A stretch of 63,909 nucleotides of DNA from Azolla caroliniana (Eukaryota; Plantae; Polypodiophyta): contig JBHGNT010000013.1 of NCBI GenBank assembly GCA_043228905.1, forward strand, positions 12,834,001-12,897,909. Direction: 5' to 3'. Shown in pieces: positions 1 to 13,100 of the stretch. Position numbers and translations under genes: made by a program. Position 1 is the first letter of the stretch. Each line of letters begins with the position of its first letter. The notes beneath the pieces are model-generated. The model was given only the letters and a program-made list of their open reading frames with translations. It did no database searches and had not been told where the DNA came from.

Positions 1-172
1 GCAGCAGTCGCGACCAGTTCCCGACTTGACCTCCGCATGCCCGAACTAACGCCTTGACGATCGGTCCGTGTCCGCGCTCCACCTTCCCATTCGCCTCCGG
101 ATTGTACGCAGTGGTAAGCAAGAGCTTGACTCCTAGTCGGTCGAACAGCTCCTCGGCCTCTTCGGTGTCCAA

Positions 173-3100
173 CTACCCGCGATCAGCCACGATCTTCCCG
201 ACGCACCCGTACCGGCATATCACGTCCTCGATCAAGAACCGACACACGGCCACGGTCGTTTTGTTCTGAAGGGCTCGGCCTTCCACCTGGTTCGTCAGAT
301 CTTCCCGAGCCAGGACCAGATACCACATCTGTCTTACTCCCATAGGCATTGTCACCAGATCTACCATCCATTTGAAGTGGATGGTCGGAGGGTACGTAGG
401 GTGAAGCTCGTCCCGATGTCGTACCATGGAGTGCATCTGACAGCTCTCACAAGTTGTCACGAACCGATGCACGTCCCGGTACAGTCTCGGCCACCAGTAC
501 TTCCCCTTTATCTTCTCGAACGTGGCCCACGTTCCACGGTGTCCAGCCCAAGGGCTGTCGTGGTAGGCCGTCAGCAGCTCCTCCTGTTCTTCCTTCATCG
601 TCACCACCCGGAGCGGGACGCCGTTCCTCTTCTTCGGGTGCTTCCATAAGTATCCGTCCCGGAGAAAGAATCGGTATGCTTTCTTCCGGATCCGATTGGT
701 CTCGTCCCTCGTCCATGACGCATCCGGCGTCATTGTCCTCAAGAAACCACCGATCTGTAGCCACTCGCCGTCGTACTTGGTCACGTCGAAGCCGTTAAGC
801 GCCGGAGTGCCCGTCCCATCAGTCGTCACGTACGCTGCCTCGAAGAAGTCCACGCCGACTTCTTCGTCCTCCGAAACCATGCCGCCCTCATCATCAAACC
901 TCGCCCTCGAAAGCATGTCGGCCATGGCGTTGTCCTTTCCGGAAATGTGTCGTATTTCCGGGTCCAGGGACTTGATGTACGCTATCCACCTGAGCATCGC
1001 CAGGTCCGGTGTCGCGCATCCGGAAACCATGCCGAGAATTGGCAGGCAATCCGTCTCGATAATCACTTCTGTCCCGATCAGGTAGTCTTTGTCGGCCTTT
1101 ACTGCCGAAACGATACCCCAGAGTTCGTGTTTAACCTGGGCGTACCCTTGCTGTCGCTCACTGAGGACCTTAGCACCGAATCGGATCGGGAACCGAATGC
1201 TGTCCTCGTCTACTTGGTTGACGACCCATCCGATCCCGGTCGGACTTGTATCCACCGTTATGTATACCGGGGTACCCTTCTCGTAGACAACCTTCCGGAG
1301 TGTCGGTGCTGCCGCAAGAGCTTCCTTCATATTCCGGACCGACTCCGTGTGCTCGTCTCGTCACTCGAATTTTCGCCCCTTCTTCAGCAACCCGTATAGC
1401 GGTTCCGCAACGTGGGCGTAATGTGGGATCCATATGTGGTAGAATGCGCATGCCCCCAGGAACCTCCAAACCTCCGTAACCGAGCTACAGTCGGTCTTCA
1501 TCGCGGAGATGGCTTCTACTTTTGCCGGAGACGGCTTCCGGCCATATGGTCCACATAGGTGTCCGACCACCAGGATTTCTGATTGCCCGAAGGCCGATTT
1601 CTCCCCGGAGAAGGTGAGCCTCGCATCCTCTAGCCTTTGTAGCAACTTCTCGTAGTCGCCGATGTGTGTTGCCACGAATCGCCGGCATCCGTCCGGCCCG
1701 ACTGTCTCGTCCTTCTCTTCCACCGCGCACCCTTTGATAGGGATGTCGTCTAGAAATGGCATGGTGATGTCCGCGCTCCATCAACTCCGGGATGTGAGCT
1801 CTCGGTACTGGAATCGGCTTGAGATTCCACGGCACATGCGGTACCGTGAATATCACCATCGGCTCCACGATTGTCGGGTCTACGAACCCGATCTCCTCCG
1901 GGGAGAATGCGAAGGCTTTCCCGTGCCTTCCGAGCATTCTCCGAAACCGGTCTTCCTCCGCCGGCAGTAGGAACCCGCCCCCACCGATCTTGAGCTCCCG
2001 GAGCGTCCCGTCGGTGAAGGTGTGTCCTATGCAGAACGGATTTCGTAAACTGGGGTCCGACGCAACCCCTCTGATTCGGGACTCGCTGCCCTTCGGTAAG
2101 GGTGCCGCGACTGGCCTTACCTTCCGGTCCACAATCTTGTACTTTGTGCTAACTCGGGTTGTCCGATCCGACCCAAGCCCCTGACTGAAGTTCGCGATGA
2201 CTTCGTACATCTCTTCGGAACATACCGGTATCGTCCGGTCTTCGTTAAGGTCTTCTCCGGCTACCTTCCTCAGCATCCCCAAGGTGTCGTCGAAGGAGAC
2301 CGCCTCCACGGCTCCGCTGATTTCCTCGTTCGGGCCGAGAACTCCGCACGCTCGAAGTCGCTCCTCCGCCCTTGCCTTTTCTTGGCCAACGATGCCGACT
2401 ATCATACACCCTCCGTTGTTGGAGAAGCAAAATTTTCTACCTATCGTACAAGGTTTCTTCGGTTTCGGTTCTATCGTACAGCTGTGGGGTCTTTCCCGAG
2501 TGTCTGGACTGTCTCGGCCCCACGCCTTGGCAGCCCTCTCTAAAAATCCTCTCGGTTCTCGCCATCGAGGGATTCGCGGTTTCGCTCGTGGTTCGGCCTC
2601 ACCGTCAGAAATTGGACCAAATGGCGCTCGTCCTGGCTTTTGACCCTCGTGTAGGCCGAACCGTTGTCTAGCACCTTGGTCTCCATTCGCGCCGCCGTGA
2701 TTTATGGTTCCCCTAATATGTCCGGGTGCGAGGATGTCTCCTGCACGAAGAAGTGCTGGTCAATCTCGACGTCGCCAATCTTGACTCGCACGTTCGGGCA
2801 GGCCCCGTGCAGTTCCTCGGTGGTGTTGATCGGCCATTTTCCCTTCTTGTAGAAGTCCATGGACATCAGGTTTATTTCCGAACCGTGGTCCACTAGTGCC
2901 ACCACCGGTTCCTGAACATCTCCGATCTTCACCGGGGTCTCCGTGGTCGCTCGGGCCCAGTGTGGCCTCGAATAGTGGCTCTCCGCCCACTCATCTTCCA
3001 ACGCCATGTCGTCGATGTGCGTCGTCCGCACCTCCACCGGTCTTTCTGGTTTTGTCTCCGCCGACAGCCTCTTCCGCTTTACCAAGTCCACAATGGAGTC

Positions 3101-4656
3101 GTGGAACTCCTTCTTGGCGATCCCTAGCACCTCCCGCAATGACCAACTCCACTTTGTTGTTGAGGATCTGTTCTTCTAGGACCTTTCACAGGTCCGTGGC
3201 CCTTTCTATTTCCGTCCCTAGTCGGTATCCGCCCTTCTTGGGGTTATCTTGCACGCTGGATCCACCGGCTTCGTTTCGTCGTTGCCCGAATCGGGTCTCG
3301 TATCGTTGTGAGGGCCCGGCCGCTCCGGCTTTCCCCACTCGTTTTTCTTCTACCAGAGCCTCGTAGTTCTGGCAGGCGGCTTCTATGAAGCCCGTCTTCT
3401 CCTCGACGGGGTCGCTCCACCCGGTTATTTCCCGGACCCGTCTCTCGGCGTGGTCCGCTTCATCTTTCCTCAGCCGTGCGCCGGCGAGGCCTTCCAGCAT
3501 TGTTGACCAGGATCCGGCTTTGCTCTCCTTTCGGGCCTCACTGCCCCCGACCCGAATACCGGCCGACGCCGAGTAGTGGACGGTCTCCACGTGTCGGGCC
3601 GCTGCCTCTTCCATCAGTCTCTTCATACCTCCTCGCCCATCGTTTCGGTTTAGGGCCCTTCTGGTGTCACTGGCGTGCACCCGGCCTTCCCACAGGTACA
3701 CCACCCGGTTCCTCAACGCCTCTGCGAAATCGCCGCAGTCCTTCCGAATGTGGCCGACCTCGTCGCACCACATGCACCTGTTCCCTGATGCCGGCCGTCG
3801 GTCACGAGCCGGTTCGTCGCCTTCCCTTCGAGCCTGGGCGATCTGAAGATCCTTTATCGCCCGCGTCAACTCCTTCAGCGTCGCTCCTCCGGACGAGCCA
3901 TTGACCATGCCGGGTGAAGCCGAACTGGTTTCGAGCCACTCCCGGGTCTCTTCCCTTCGCCCTTGCGGTGCCGGTTCAAGCCTCCTTGCTGTGATAGAGC
4001 CCGCACCGGCCGCCCCGTTATCAGCCCATTCTCGCCGTTTGTCGAAACGGCCACAGACTCTCTTAACCGTAGCCCTGTCGGTCGTCAGCCCGTCTTCGGT
4101 CCAGCAAGGAGCCGAATTGATCCCGGTCCCGCTCGTCCACCGACTTGACGAACAGTAGGACCCGACTCGTATCTAGAATGGTTCGGTCAAGCGCCGAAAG
4201 GCGCGCAAAGCGTTCTTCAAACTCCCGGAGGAGTGCTAACGCGTTTCTTCCCTTGCAGGGGGCCTCCACCCATTCCATGAAGTCCCGTTTCGAAAGCCGG
4301 AGCGCGTCGTCCAGCCCGTATTTTTCTAGGAGTCGGCCTTCGAACTCCTCCCAGGTACGGCTCTCCGCCCGCACCTCGAGCACCTCCGCATGGATGCTCG
4401 GCATCGCCACTCGAGGGAACCCGGCAAGACGCCTCTCTTCCGGAATGTGCCGCATCAGCATTTCTGCCCCGTAGGACGCCAAATACTTCGTGGCATCCTT
4501 TTCGCTGAACCGGCCGATCGTACCGACAACCGCCTCAATGGCTCTGTCGAGGGCGCCGGTGCCCTCGCGTGTGCTCAATATCCGATCCACGGCCGAAGCC
4601 ATGGCCTCTGCAAGATCCGACCCCCTCATCTTCTGCTCTTCTGCCGCCTCCTTCAC
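173..4656 (-). pseudogene. gag-pol of element A (frameshifts, stops, internal RT deletion near 1775)
   Basis: Fragments are collinear with the more intact element I. The I segment between IPELM and ITMPFLDD is missing. Confidence 0.88.
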
Positions 4657-4669
4657 GTCGGGTTCACCA
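4653..4669 (-). promoter_or_regulatory. Primer binding site, tRNA-Trp
   Basis: Minus strand TGGTGAACCCGACGTGA, 3 nt from the LTR, complementary to the plant tRNA-Trp 3' end (TCACGTCGGGTTCACCA, recalled). Confidence 0.85.
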
Positions 4670-4672
4670 AGG

Positions 4673-5310
4673 TGTTGAGGTATTCCTCGCGGACGCGTGG
4701 AATGAGGCGGGACCTCGGGGGTCTTGCACCGAAAAGCAAGAGAGGAAGGAGAAGGGACCCACTACGTGCGAGCGTAGATTCACAGGGACACGGCCCTTCG
4801 ACACAAAGACGTGAGTGGGACACCGACACAGAGAGACACGAATGTATGTATATATATATTAACAAAGACAAACAACAAGAAGCACGAAGTCGGTTACAAC
4901 TGAATAGGCCGGCGAACAGATGCCGTTGCCTGTTCGTAAACGCACAGAAAGAAAGGAGTAGGTTGGAGGTGCTGCCGGAAGCGCTCGGGCATTCCTCAAA
5001 GCAGCGCGAGCCTCCCGAAACCTGCACAAAAAGAAGCTACGGGCTTGGAAGAGAGAGAAGCCTTTGGCCGACAACCCGACAACACTTCGTCCTCTCTATC
5101 GTCGATCCCCTTCCTCCTTCTCGTCTCCCTCCTTTTATAGGCAAGAAAGGAGCCGTTTCCCATTAACTTCCTACCTACCGAATCTACCTACCTAGGATCT
5201 TCTATGTACCTAATTCTCTCTTACGTACAACATAAGGCGTACGTGCATGAAGAGCCGGTTCCTACGCTCCGGTGCACTGATTCCGCTTGTGGACGGTTTT
5301 CTTCATGACA
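4673..5310 (-). repeat. 5' LTR of element A (638 bp)
   Basis: TGTCATGAAG...CCTCAACA on minus, TATAAAA box near 5133-5139, adjacent PBS. Confidence 0.85.
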
Positions 5311-6304
5311 ACGCGGTCTTCCATTCGTCTCCTGGTCGGATCCGTACGAGGTTATATGCTCCCCGTAAGTCGATCTTCGTGAAGAACCTGGCACCATTGA
5401 TCCGTTCTAAAAGACTTGAGATAAGGGGAAGAGCATACCTATTCCTGATTGTAACCTTATTCAAGCCACGGTAATCTATAACGAGACGAAGCGATCCATC
5501 TTTTTTTTTGACGAAGAAAATGGGCACACTGGCTGGAGATTTCGAATGCCGAATGAAACCATTTTCCAAATTCTCCTCTATATAGGCCCGAAGGACTTCT
5601 AGCTCGGTTGGTGACAAATTGTAGATCGGTCCCCATGGCGGCTCTTTTCCCGGTTGTAAATCGATGGGGCAATCGTACGGTCGATGATGAGGAAGTGTGT
5701 TGGCTTGTACTTTATCGAACACATCGGCGTAATGATGATACTTCTCGGGAAGTTGAATGGTGGATTCTTCTTTAGTGGTGCTGGAAGGGTTTACTGATAT
5801 TGCAAAGAGGAACATTTCCTCCTTGCGCCCTTCTTTACGCAACTGACGTAGCGAAATGGTTGCCATCTTCTGAGTTGACCCTTGGGTTTGTCGACACCAG
5901 ATTTCTCTTGTTCTCCAATCTATGTATGGGTTATGTAACTCGAACCACGCTAATCCTAAAACTATAGGATGTTCTGGGATACTAATAATATTAAATGATA
6001 CTACACATGCTAAGTTATCTAGGACAAGATTAATGGGCTCTGACTCTTCTATGATATTTCCGGAAGCAATGGGACGTCCATCAATGACTACTACAGAGGC
6101 TGGACACTGGAGTTTTCTTAGGGATATCTTATGAGCTTGAGCAAATTTGTTATCCATAAAGCAAGAGTTAGCTCCAGAATCTAGGAGTGCTAGGACATGT
6201 ACTGGAGGGGTACTTTTAGTACTAACTATTACTTGGGCTACGAACACATCACTAACTTGCTTAGAGGGAATGGAACCACTAATGGGCTGCACAGATCTAG
6301 GGCT

Positions 6305-6349
6305 GTCCAACCAAACGGCTCCTATTTTGGCTGGACTTAGTCGTTTAAC
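6305..6349 (-). promoter_or_regulatory. Predicted -1 ribosomal frameshift signal between gag and pol of B
   Basis: G TTA AAC heptamer, 6-nt spacer, 11-bp stem GTCCAGCCAAA/TTTGGTTGGAC. pol is in the -1 frame and open across the gag stop. Confidence 0.75.
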
Positions 6350-7570
6350 TCTTCTTCTAACTGACTAAGGACATAAAATTTGTTTGCTAGATCTGGGATA
6401 TTAGTACTATTAGTACTATTAGGACTATCAGATATCCCTACTGAAATAGGCTCGGATTTAGTACAATTAGAACTAGCGACCATTTGGTTTACCTGTCTTC
6501 TTGGCCTATGGGGGCAATTTATTGCGATATGTCTTGGTCCACCGTAGTAAAGACATAGTCGATTTGTACGGTGTCGCTGCTTTTCTTCTTCGGATAATGG
6601 CCCTCGACGACGTGTAGTGTCAATCTCCATCGGAGTCGGAGTATTCGCTGGAGGCGCATTATATGACTCCCTCGGAAAAGGTCTTGCTACCACTGAGGCG
6701 TAGGTGGGCTCTGATCTTGCCCTCAGCATCTGTAACTATCGTTCCGAACGTCGCTCAAAGAGGCGGTTGTCACATCTCACCGCACGACTGATTGCTTTTG
6801 TTAAGGACTTTGGCTCTTCGGGGAAGGTCAATAGTAAATCCTTGACGTCGTTGGTTAAACCATAACGGAATTGTTCCATCAACGCTTGATCATCCCAAGG
6901 GATATTGGCGGCGAGTAGGCGAAAATCTGCAGCATATGCGGAGGCTGGACGGTCACCTTGGCGTAATCGCCGGATTTTGTTGATTGCGGTCCTGATGCTG
7001 TCAGTATCTCTGAAACATGCTTTAAACTCACCTAGAAACTCTTCAAAATTGTTGAGTAACGGAGATTCCTTTTCTAATAGTGGAGCGAACCATGACAACG
7101 CTGAGCCACTTAACAAAGTGCCTACTAAACCCACTCGTGATGCATCGGTGGGATATCGGGAAGGATGCATTTGAATAACTAATCGTACCTGGTTAAGGAA
7201 CCCTCTAAACTGCGATCGCGTTCCATCGAACTTCGTGGGAAGGCCAATCTTGGGTTCTTTATGAATCCCTTGTGTTCCGGGCCCTTGTTGTTGCATCGCT
7301 ACGATGGTTGCTTCGAGTTGTTGCACGCGTAATGCAAGTTCCCCATGTTGTTGTTGCGTTTGCTGCTTTTCTAAGGAGATTTGCTAAAGATCCCCCAGCA
7401 ACCGTTGGTTTTCTTGTTCCAAAGCATGGAACTTCTCCTTCAAGCATTGAAATTCCGAGAAAACAGATTGATATTCTTCAGCGCTAACAGTGGCCATGGG
7501 ATGAAAGAAAAGAGGAATAAAAGATTAGTAGGAAATGAGAGAGACAGAGGGTAGGGAAATTGGTTCAAAC

Positions 7571-7672
7571 TGTCATGAACATTACTGAGACAGAGAAGGA
7601 ATTAGTACTATGAGAGGTGTGGAACTTCTTCGAGAGAAGGAAGAAGTGAGCGAGACAGAGAGAAAGAGAGAG

Positions 7673-7712
<40 letters not shown>

Positions 7713-8002
7713 AGAAAGATATGTATTATATGAAGAGAATATACAATGGTGGCTAAAAGGCTTAAGACTGGCGTTGAACCAATTTGGTTCAACATAATGC
7801 CTAGTGCCCTCTTTTATAGTGTTTTCAGGAGTAATCCTGAAGCTTCTAGAATGTTCCAGAGAAATCTGGAATATACACTAATTTCCTATAATAAAATGTA
7901 AATGAAAATAATATCCTACGTATTACAATAGATGATCTAATGGTCAAGAGCTCGACCCATATAACCTAAGGTCACGGGTTCGAGTCTTGCCATATCATGA
8001 CA
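7571..8002 (-). repeat. 5' LTR of element B (432 bp) with TATA, HSE, (CT)n and tRNA-like boxes
   Basis: Terminal inverted repeats TGTCATGA...TCATGACA, TATA at 7812-7818. Confidence 0.88.
7839..7856. promoter_or_regulatory. Heat-shock element (4 inverted nGAAn units)
   Basis: GAAgcTTCtaGAAtgTTC, 21-38 bp upstream of the LTR TATA box. Confidence 0.65.
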
Positions 8003-10199
8003 CTCGTCTTCCGCTCGCATCACCATACAGAGTGGTGTGCCGTTCCGCTTCTTCGGATGCCGCTATATCTTACCGTCCCTTAGGAAGAACTTGTACGCCT
8101 TCTTCCGGATCCGACTCGCCTCTTCCTTGGTCTCTGACGCGTCCGTTGTGATCGAGCTCCGGAACCTTCCGATTTGAAGCCACTCCCCTTGGTAGTCGTC
8201 CTCGTTGAACTCGTGAAAGGTCGGAGTGCTTCGCTCGTTTGCCGGGAATTGAGCCGACTTGAAGAAGTCAACGCCGACTTCTTCGTCTTCCGATACTATG
8301 CCGTCTTCGTTGTTGTACCATGCTCTCGATAGCATGCTGGCCACGACATTGTCTTTCTCCGAGATGTGCCGTATCTCCGGATTGAGGGACTTAATGTATG
8401 CGATCCACCTGAGCATCGCCAGGTCAGGTGTCGCGCATCCGGAAACCATCCCGAGAATCGGGAGGTAATCAGTCTCGATTATTACCTCTGTCCCAATTAG
8501 GTAATCCTTATTGGCCTTTATTGCTGAAATGATACCCCATAGTTCTTGCTTGGCTTGGGCGTATCCTCTTTGCCACTTAGCAAGTACTTTCTCTCCGAAC
8601 CGGATGGCAAATCGTGCTCCGCCTTCATCCTCTTGGTTAATCACCCATCCGATTCTGGTCAAGCTCGTGTCAACCATTACATAAATCAAAGTGTCCTTCT
8701 AGTATACCACTTTCCGGAGAGCTAGTGCCACCGTCAACATCCCCTTCAATCCTCAAACCGCCTCCGAGTGCTCTTCTCTCCACTCAAACTTCCACCCTTT
8801 CTTCAACAAGCCATACAGTGGCTCAACAGTGCGGGATCCAGATGTGGTAGAAGGCATAGGCCCTTAAGAACTGTTGAACCTTGGTGGTCGTCTGACACTC
8901 CTCCTTCATGGTTTTGATGGCCTCAATCTATGTTGGAGATGGTTTCCGACCGTATTAACCGCATAGGTGTACGACCACTACAATCTCCGACTGTCCGAAC
9001 ACCAACTTCTCCCCCGAGAAGGTGAGTCGCGCACCTTCCAGTCGATACAGTATCTTCTCATAGTTGGCGATGTAGTCAGCCACGAACTTCCGACACTTGT
9101 CCTCCCCGATTGACTCATTCTTCGATTCCTCCGAACACCCCTATGTCGGGATGTTGTCTAGAAATCGCATGGTGATGTCCGGGATGCAGTTCCTCAGCAC
9201 TTTGTTCATTGCATTCACCATGTGTGCCGCCGAATTAGTGCCTCCTTGAGGAAGGGCACACATACGAACTAAGCCGAAAGGGTTCCGCATCGTCATTATG
9301 TCTCGGCTTTCGATGACTAGTTAGAACTGGTTGTACTCGGAATACAAGTCTCCGACTGAGTAGATAGACCTTCTGGCGAAGGCCTCCGCGAACTCATCGA
9401 TCGTTGGACTGACTCTTGCATTTCAAATGGTCAGCTTGTTGACCGGCACCAGGTCTTGCATGAAACGCAATGTGTCATTCTTCTTCGGCACAATGAACCA
9501 TGGATTCGAATAAGGGGCACTCAACGGTTCGAGGATCCCCATATTGATCTTCTCCTTGAGCAACTTCATTAGCTTTGAGGTGTGAGCTCTCGGCATTGGA
9601 ATCGGCTTCAGGACATGCGATACCATGAATATCACCATTGGTTCGATGACGGTCAGGTCGATGCACCCAATCTCTTCCAGCGAGAATGCAAAGGCTTTCA
9701 TGTGCCTTTCAAGCATTCTACAGAACCGGTCCTCCTACGCCGGGAGTAGAAAGCCACCCCCATAGATCTTTGTAAAAAGAATAACGTGCGGAAGCAATAG
9801 AAAACCGAACACAAAAACACAGGTTTAATGGAGAGCTTAGAATATACACAGTACACGGGAGAGACAGAGAAAGAGAGAGCACACAAAACTCAATTAAAAA
9901 ATAATACTCAATCTGTACATAGGATGTGCTCAATGAGCACTTTTATACAAGTCCATACGGACTGACAGAAGTACTGACACGTACTTCAATGCTCATAAAT
10001 GAGCTCTACACTAACTCCCAAAATATATTCCTATGCGGAATATCTTTCCAACGGCCTCGCGGTTTACGAACTGCTACGGCTTCTCGTTGCGCACCGGTCT
10101 GCGCACCCGGTTTACGCACTGGTCCAGCCTAACCGATCGATCCCAACAGATCCGGTTCTCGTCTTGCACAGCCGATCCAGCCAATGTTGAGCTTGTATC

Positions 10200-13100
10200 T
10201 CAACACTCCCCCTGAAGCTCAACTTGAGGTTCCATCTGCTCTTCCGAATCTACGCTCCGGTTCCTTCTGGCTTCATGCCTTGCTCGCGGTCCTCGACCTG
10301 TTCGATTCCGCACGCCCCGACCCTTCCAGTCGGCTTGTCTGCTCACACGGCCCTTCTCAGCTTCCTTGATGTTGCGGTGTTGGTGCCTGTTTTGCCGCCT
10401 TCTCTTCCGGTTGGCCCTTGGTTGATTCAGCGTATCCGAATCAAACATCCGAACCGACTCGGCTTCCTCTGATCGGTTTTCACTCTCGTCCGAGTTGGCT
10501 GTCTCCAACTCATCTTTAATATTCTCGCCCTTGATGGCTTCATCTCCCCCACGCTTGGTTGGCTTCGGCTCTTTCTTTCGACTGCTCCCGTTATGTCCAC
10601 TTTCAGAATCTTCCGTGGATCCGCCCTCAGCTTCTTCAGTCGATCCGAAATCGAATTTGTCACCCGACTTAGCGTCGTGGTCTTCCGGAACTTCTCTCTC
10701 CCCCTTTTGTGGTCATTCGGGATGTCTCTCCCCCTCAAGTTCGGCACATCGAGGTGACGCAACCCAAGCGCACTCGAGAACTACCGCAACTTGTCCAGAC
10801 CAAGAGGCTTGGTGAAGATGTCGGCGGTTTGCCAATCCGTCGGAACATATTGAAGTTCGACTTCACCGGAGAGAACACGCTCATGAACGAAATGGTAGTG
10901 CACCTCAATGTGCTTAGTCTAGGTGTGGAAGACGGGATTCTTTGCTAGATGGATGTGGCTGACGTTGTCGTAGTAGATTGTCGTTGGATCAGATACCGCC
11001 ACTTGCAGATCCTTAAGTAGCCGCTTCAACCATATGGCTTCACATGTCGCGACAACCGCTCCTCTATACTTGGCTTCGGTGCTCGACAGTGCAACTGTCG
11101 GCTGCTTCTTGCTACTCCACGCGATCATGGCACTCCCAAGAGAGAACGCGAAACCGGACGTGGATCGACGATCGACGACATTGCCGGCCCAGTCGGCATC
11201 GGTGTAGCCGACCAATTGCGGGGTTGTACCGGTTCGATATAGTAGTCCCCGTTCCTTAGTGCCACCTACGTACCGCAATACGCGTTGCGCACACTGAAGG
11301 TGCTCCTCGGTAGGTCGCGCCATGAACTGACTAATCACCCCGACCGGGTAGCTAAGATCTAGTCGGGTGATGGTCAAGTATATAAGGCTTCCGACTATCT
11401 GTCGGAACCTTGTCGGGTCGCATACCTTTCCGGAATTGGGGCGAATCTTGACGGTTCTATCCAGAGGAGTCGAGATGGGCTTACAGTTTGCCATCCCGAA
11501 CTTGAAGAGCATATTCAGCGCGTAATGACGCTGGCTGATCAATATGCCTTCGGGGCTGCGGATCACTTCGATCCCGAGGAAGTAATGAAGGTTTCCCAGA
11601 TCCTTCATGTCGAATGATGCCGCAAGCTGGAGCTTCACGCGGTCAATCTCACCTAGGTCGGCGTCGGTGATGACCAAGTCATCAACATAAAGTAAAATGC
11701 TAATCGGCCCAAGTCGACCTTTCCGGATGAACAGTGAGGAGTCTGATTTTGACGTCGCAAAGCCCATCCGACGCAATCGGTGCGTGATCTTCACGTTCCA
11801 GGCACGCGGGGCTTGCTTTAGGCCGTAAAGGGACTTCTTCAACCGGCACACCGCCGAAGTGTTCGTTTTGGAGTGAAATCCGGGGGGCTAGACCATGTAC
11901 ATATGTTCCTCAAGATCACCTTGTAGGAACGCATTCTTTACATCCATCTGATGTAAGTGCCACCCCTTTGTCGTAGCTACTGTGAGCAAAACATAGACGA
12001 TCGTCATCTTCGCGACCGGTGCAAATGTCTCAATGTAGTCGATGCCGTTTTTGCTACTAACCGGGGCTTGTATCGGTTGACTGAGCCGTCAGTGTTGTAA
12101 TTGACCTTGTACACCCACCTACATCCGATCGGCTTCACACCTTTTGGTGCGTCAACTAGGTCCCAGGTTTCATTCTCTAATAATGCGCGCATCTCTTCCT
12201 CCATTGCAGCACGCCGGTTCTTGTCTTTCGCCGCTTCTGCGTAGCTCTCCGGCTCACGCACTTCCGCCACTCGTGTCATGTACGTGTAATGGTGCACCAT
12301 GTACTCATTATACCCATATCTCTTTACGGGGTTCTTCAGGCGGGTAGATCGGCGTAATTCGTGATTACCCAATTTCATGACCTTTTCGGCTACTGTCGAC
12401 CTCTTCGGTGGATGTTCCTTTTCAGTTTGCCCGTAGTCAGACTCGCTCCGATCTGACTTGGCACTGCCGAAGTCGTATTCCGACATTTTGTTCTTGCCCT
12501 TCTCCTTGCGCGTAAACCGTGTCCCCAGTTCTTTACGCGAGGACATCATGACTGAGTCTGCACTACTCGCCGTCTCTTCAATAGGTTGGCCATTTCGGCC
12601 CAACCCCTTATTCGGCCCACTTAGCGAAAATGAGATCGGACTCTCTTTCTGAGCTCCAATTTCTTCATCGTGCGGAGGCATTTCGGCCTCGCTGACTTCT
12701 TCCTCAGAATTCGAAATGGAGTCGTGAGGTGTTGGAGGTGAAGCCAGGTATCATGAAGCGGATTCATCGAACACAACATCTCGACTTACGCGTACTTCCT
12801 TTGTTCGGGGGTTATAATATTTATACCCCTTTTGCTCGTCTGGATAGCCGACTAAGATGCACTTTTCAGCTTTGGCATCCAATTTCCACCTCTTTTCCTT
12901 TGGGACAGGCACATATGCAATGCTATCGAAAATCCTCAAGTGTGCCAAGTTCGGCTTCTTCCCGAAATACAATTCATGTGGTGACACTCCTCCATTAGCA
13001 GATGTTCGATTCTTCAGGTAGATAGCTGTCTTCACGGCTTCGGCCCAATAAAATTTCGGCATATGCTTCTCTTCAAGCATTGCCCTGGCCGCTTCTTCGA

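Larger units (their letters stand above)
1..5310 (-). mobile_element. Element A: tRNA-Trp-primed Ty3/gypsy LTR retrotransposon, degenerate, 3' end off-window; inserted in the RT of element B
   Basis: Minus-strand gag (4063-4656; 3186-3908 with CCHC CMWCDEVGHIRKDC), protease DHGS (2702-3139), RT FLDD, RNase H and integrase zinc finger fragments. 5' LTR 4673-5310 cuts B's RT right after GDEWKTA. Confidence 0.93.
5311..8002 (-). mobile_element. Element B: chromovirus-type (Tcn1/Tf1-like) Ty3/gypsy, 5' half; inserted in pol of element C
   Basis: gag 7326-6337 (Retrotrans_gag-like, one in-frame TAG at 6736, zinc knuckle), pol from ~6343 with protease LLDSGA and RT to GDEWKTA, LTR 7571-8002. Same LTR family as chromodomain-bearing element L. 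Confidence 0.9.

Noticed and set aside
6337-7326. Domesticated PEG10/RTL-like host gene
   Set aside because: Has an LTR, linked pol and an internal stop; it is a retrotransposon gag.
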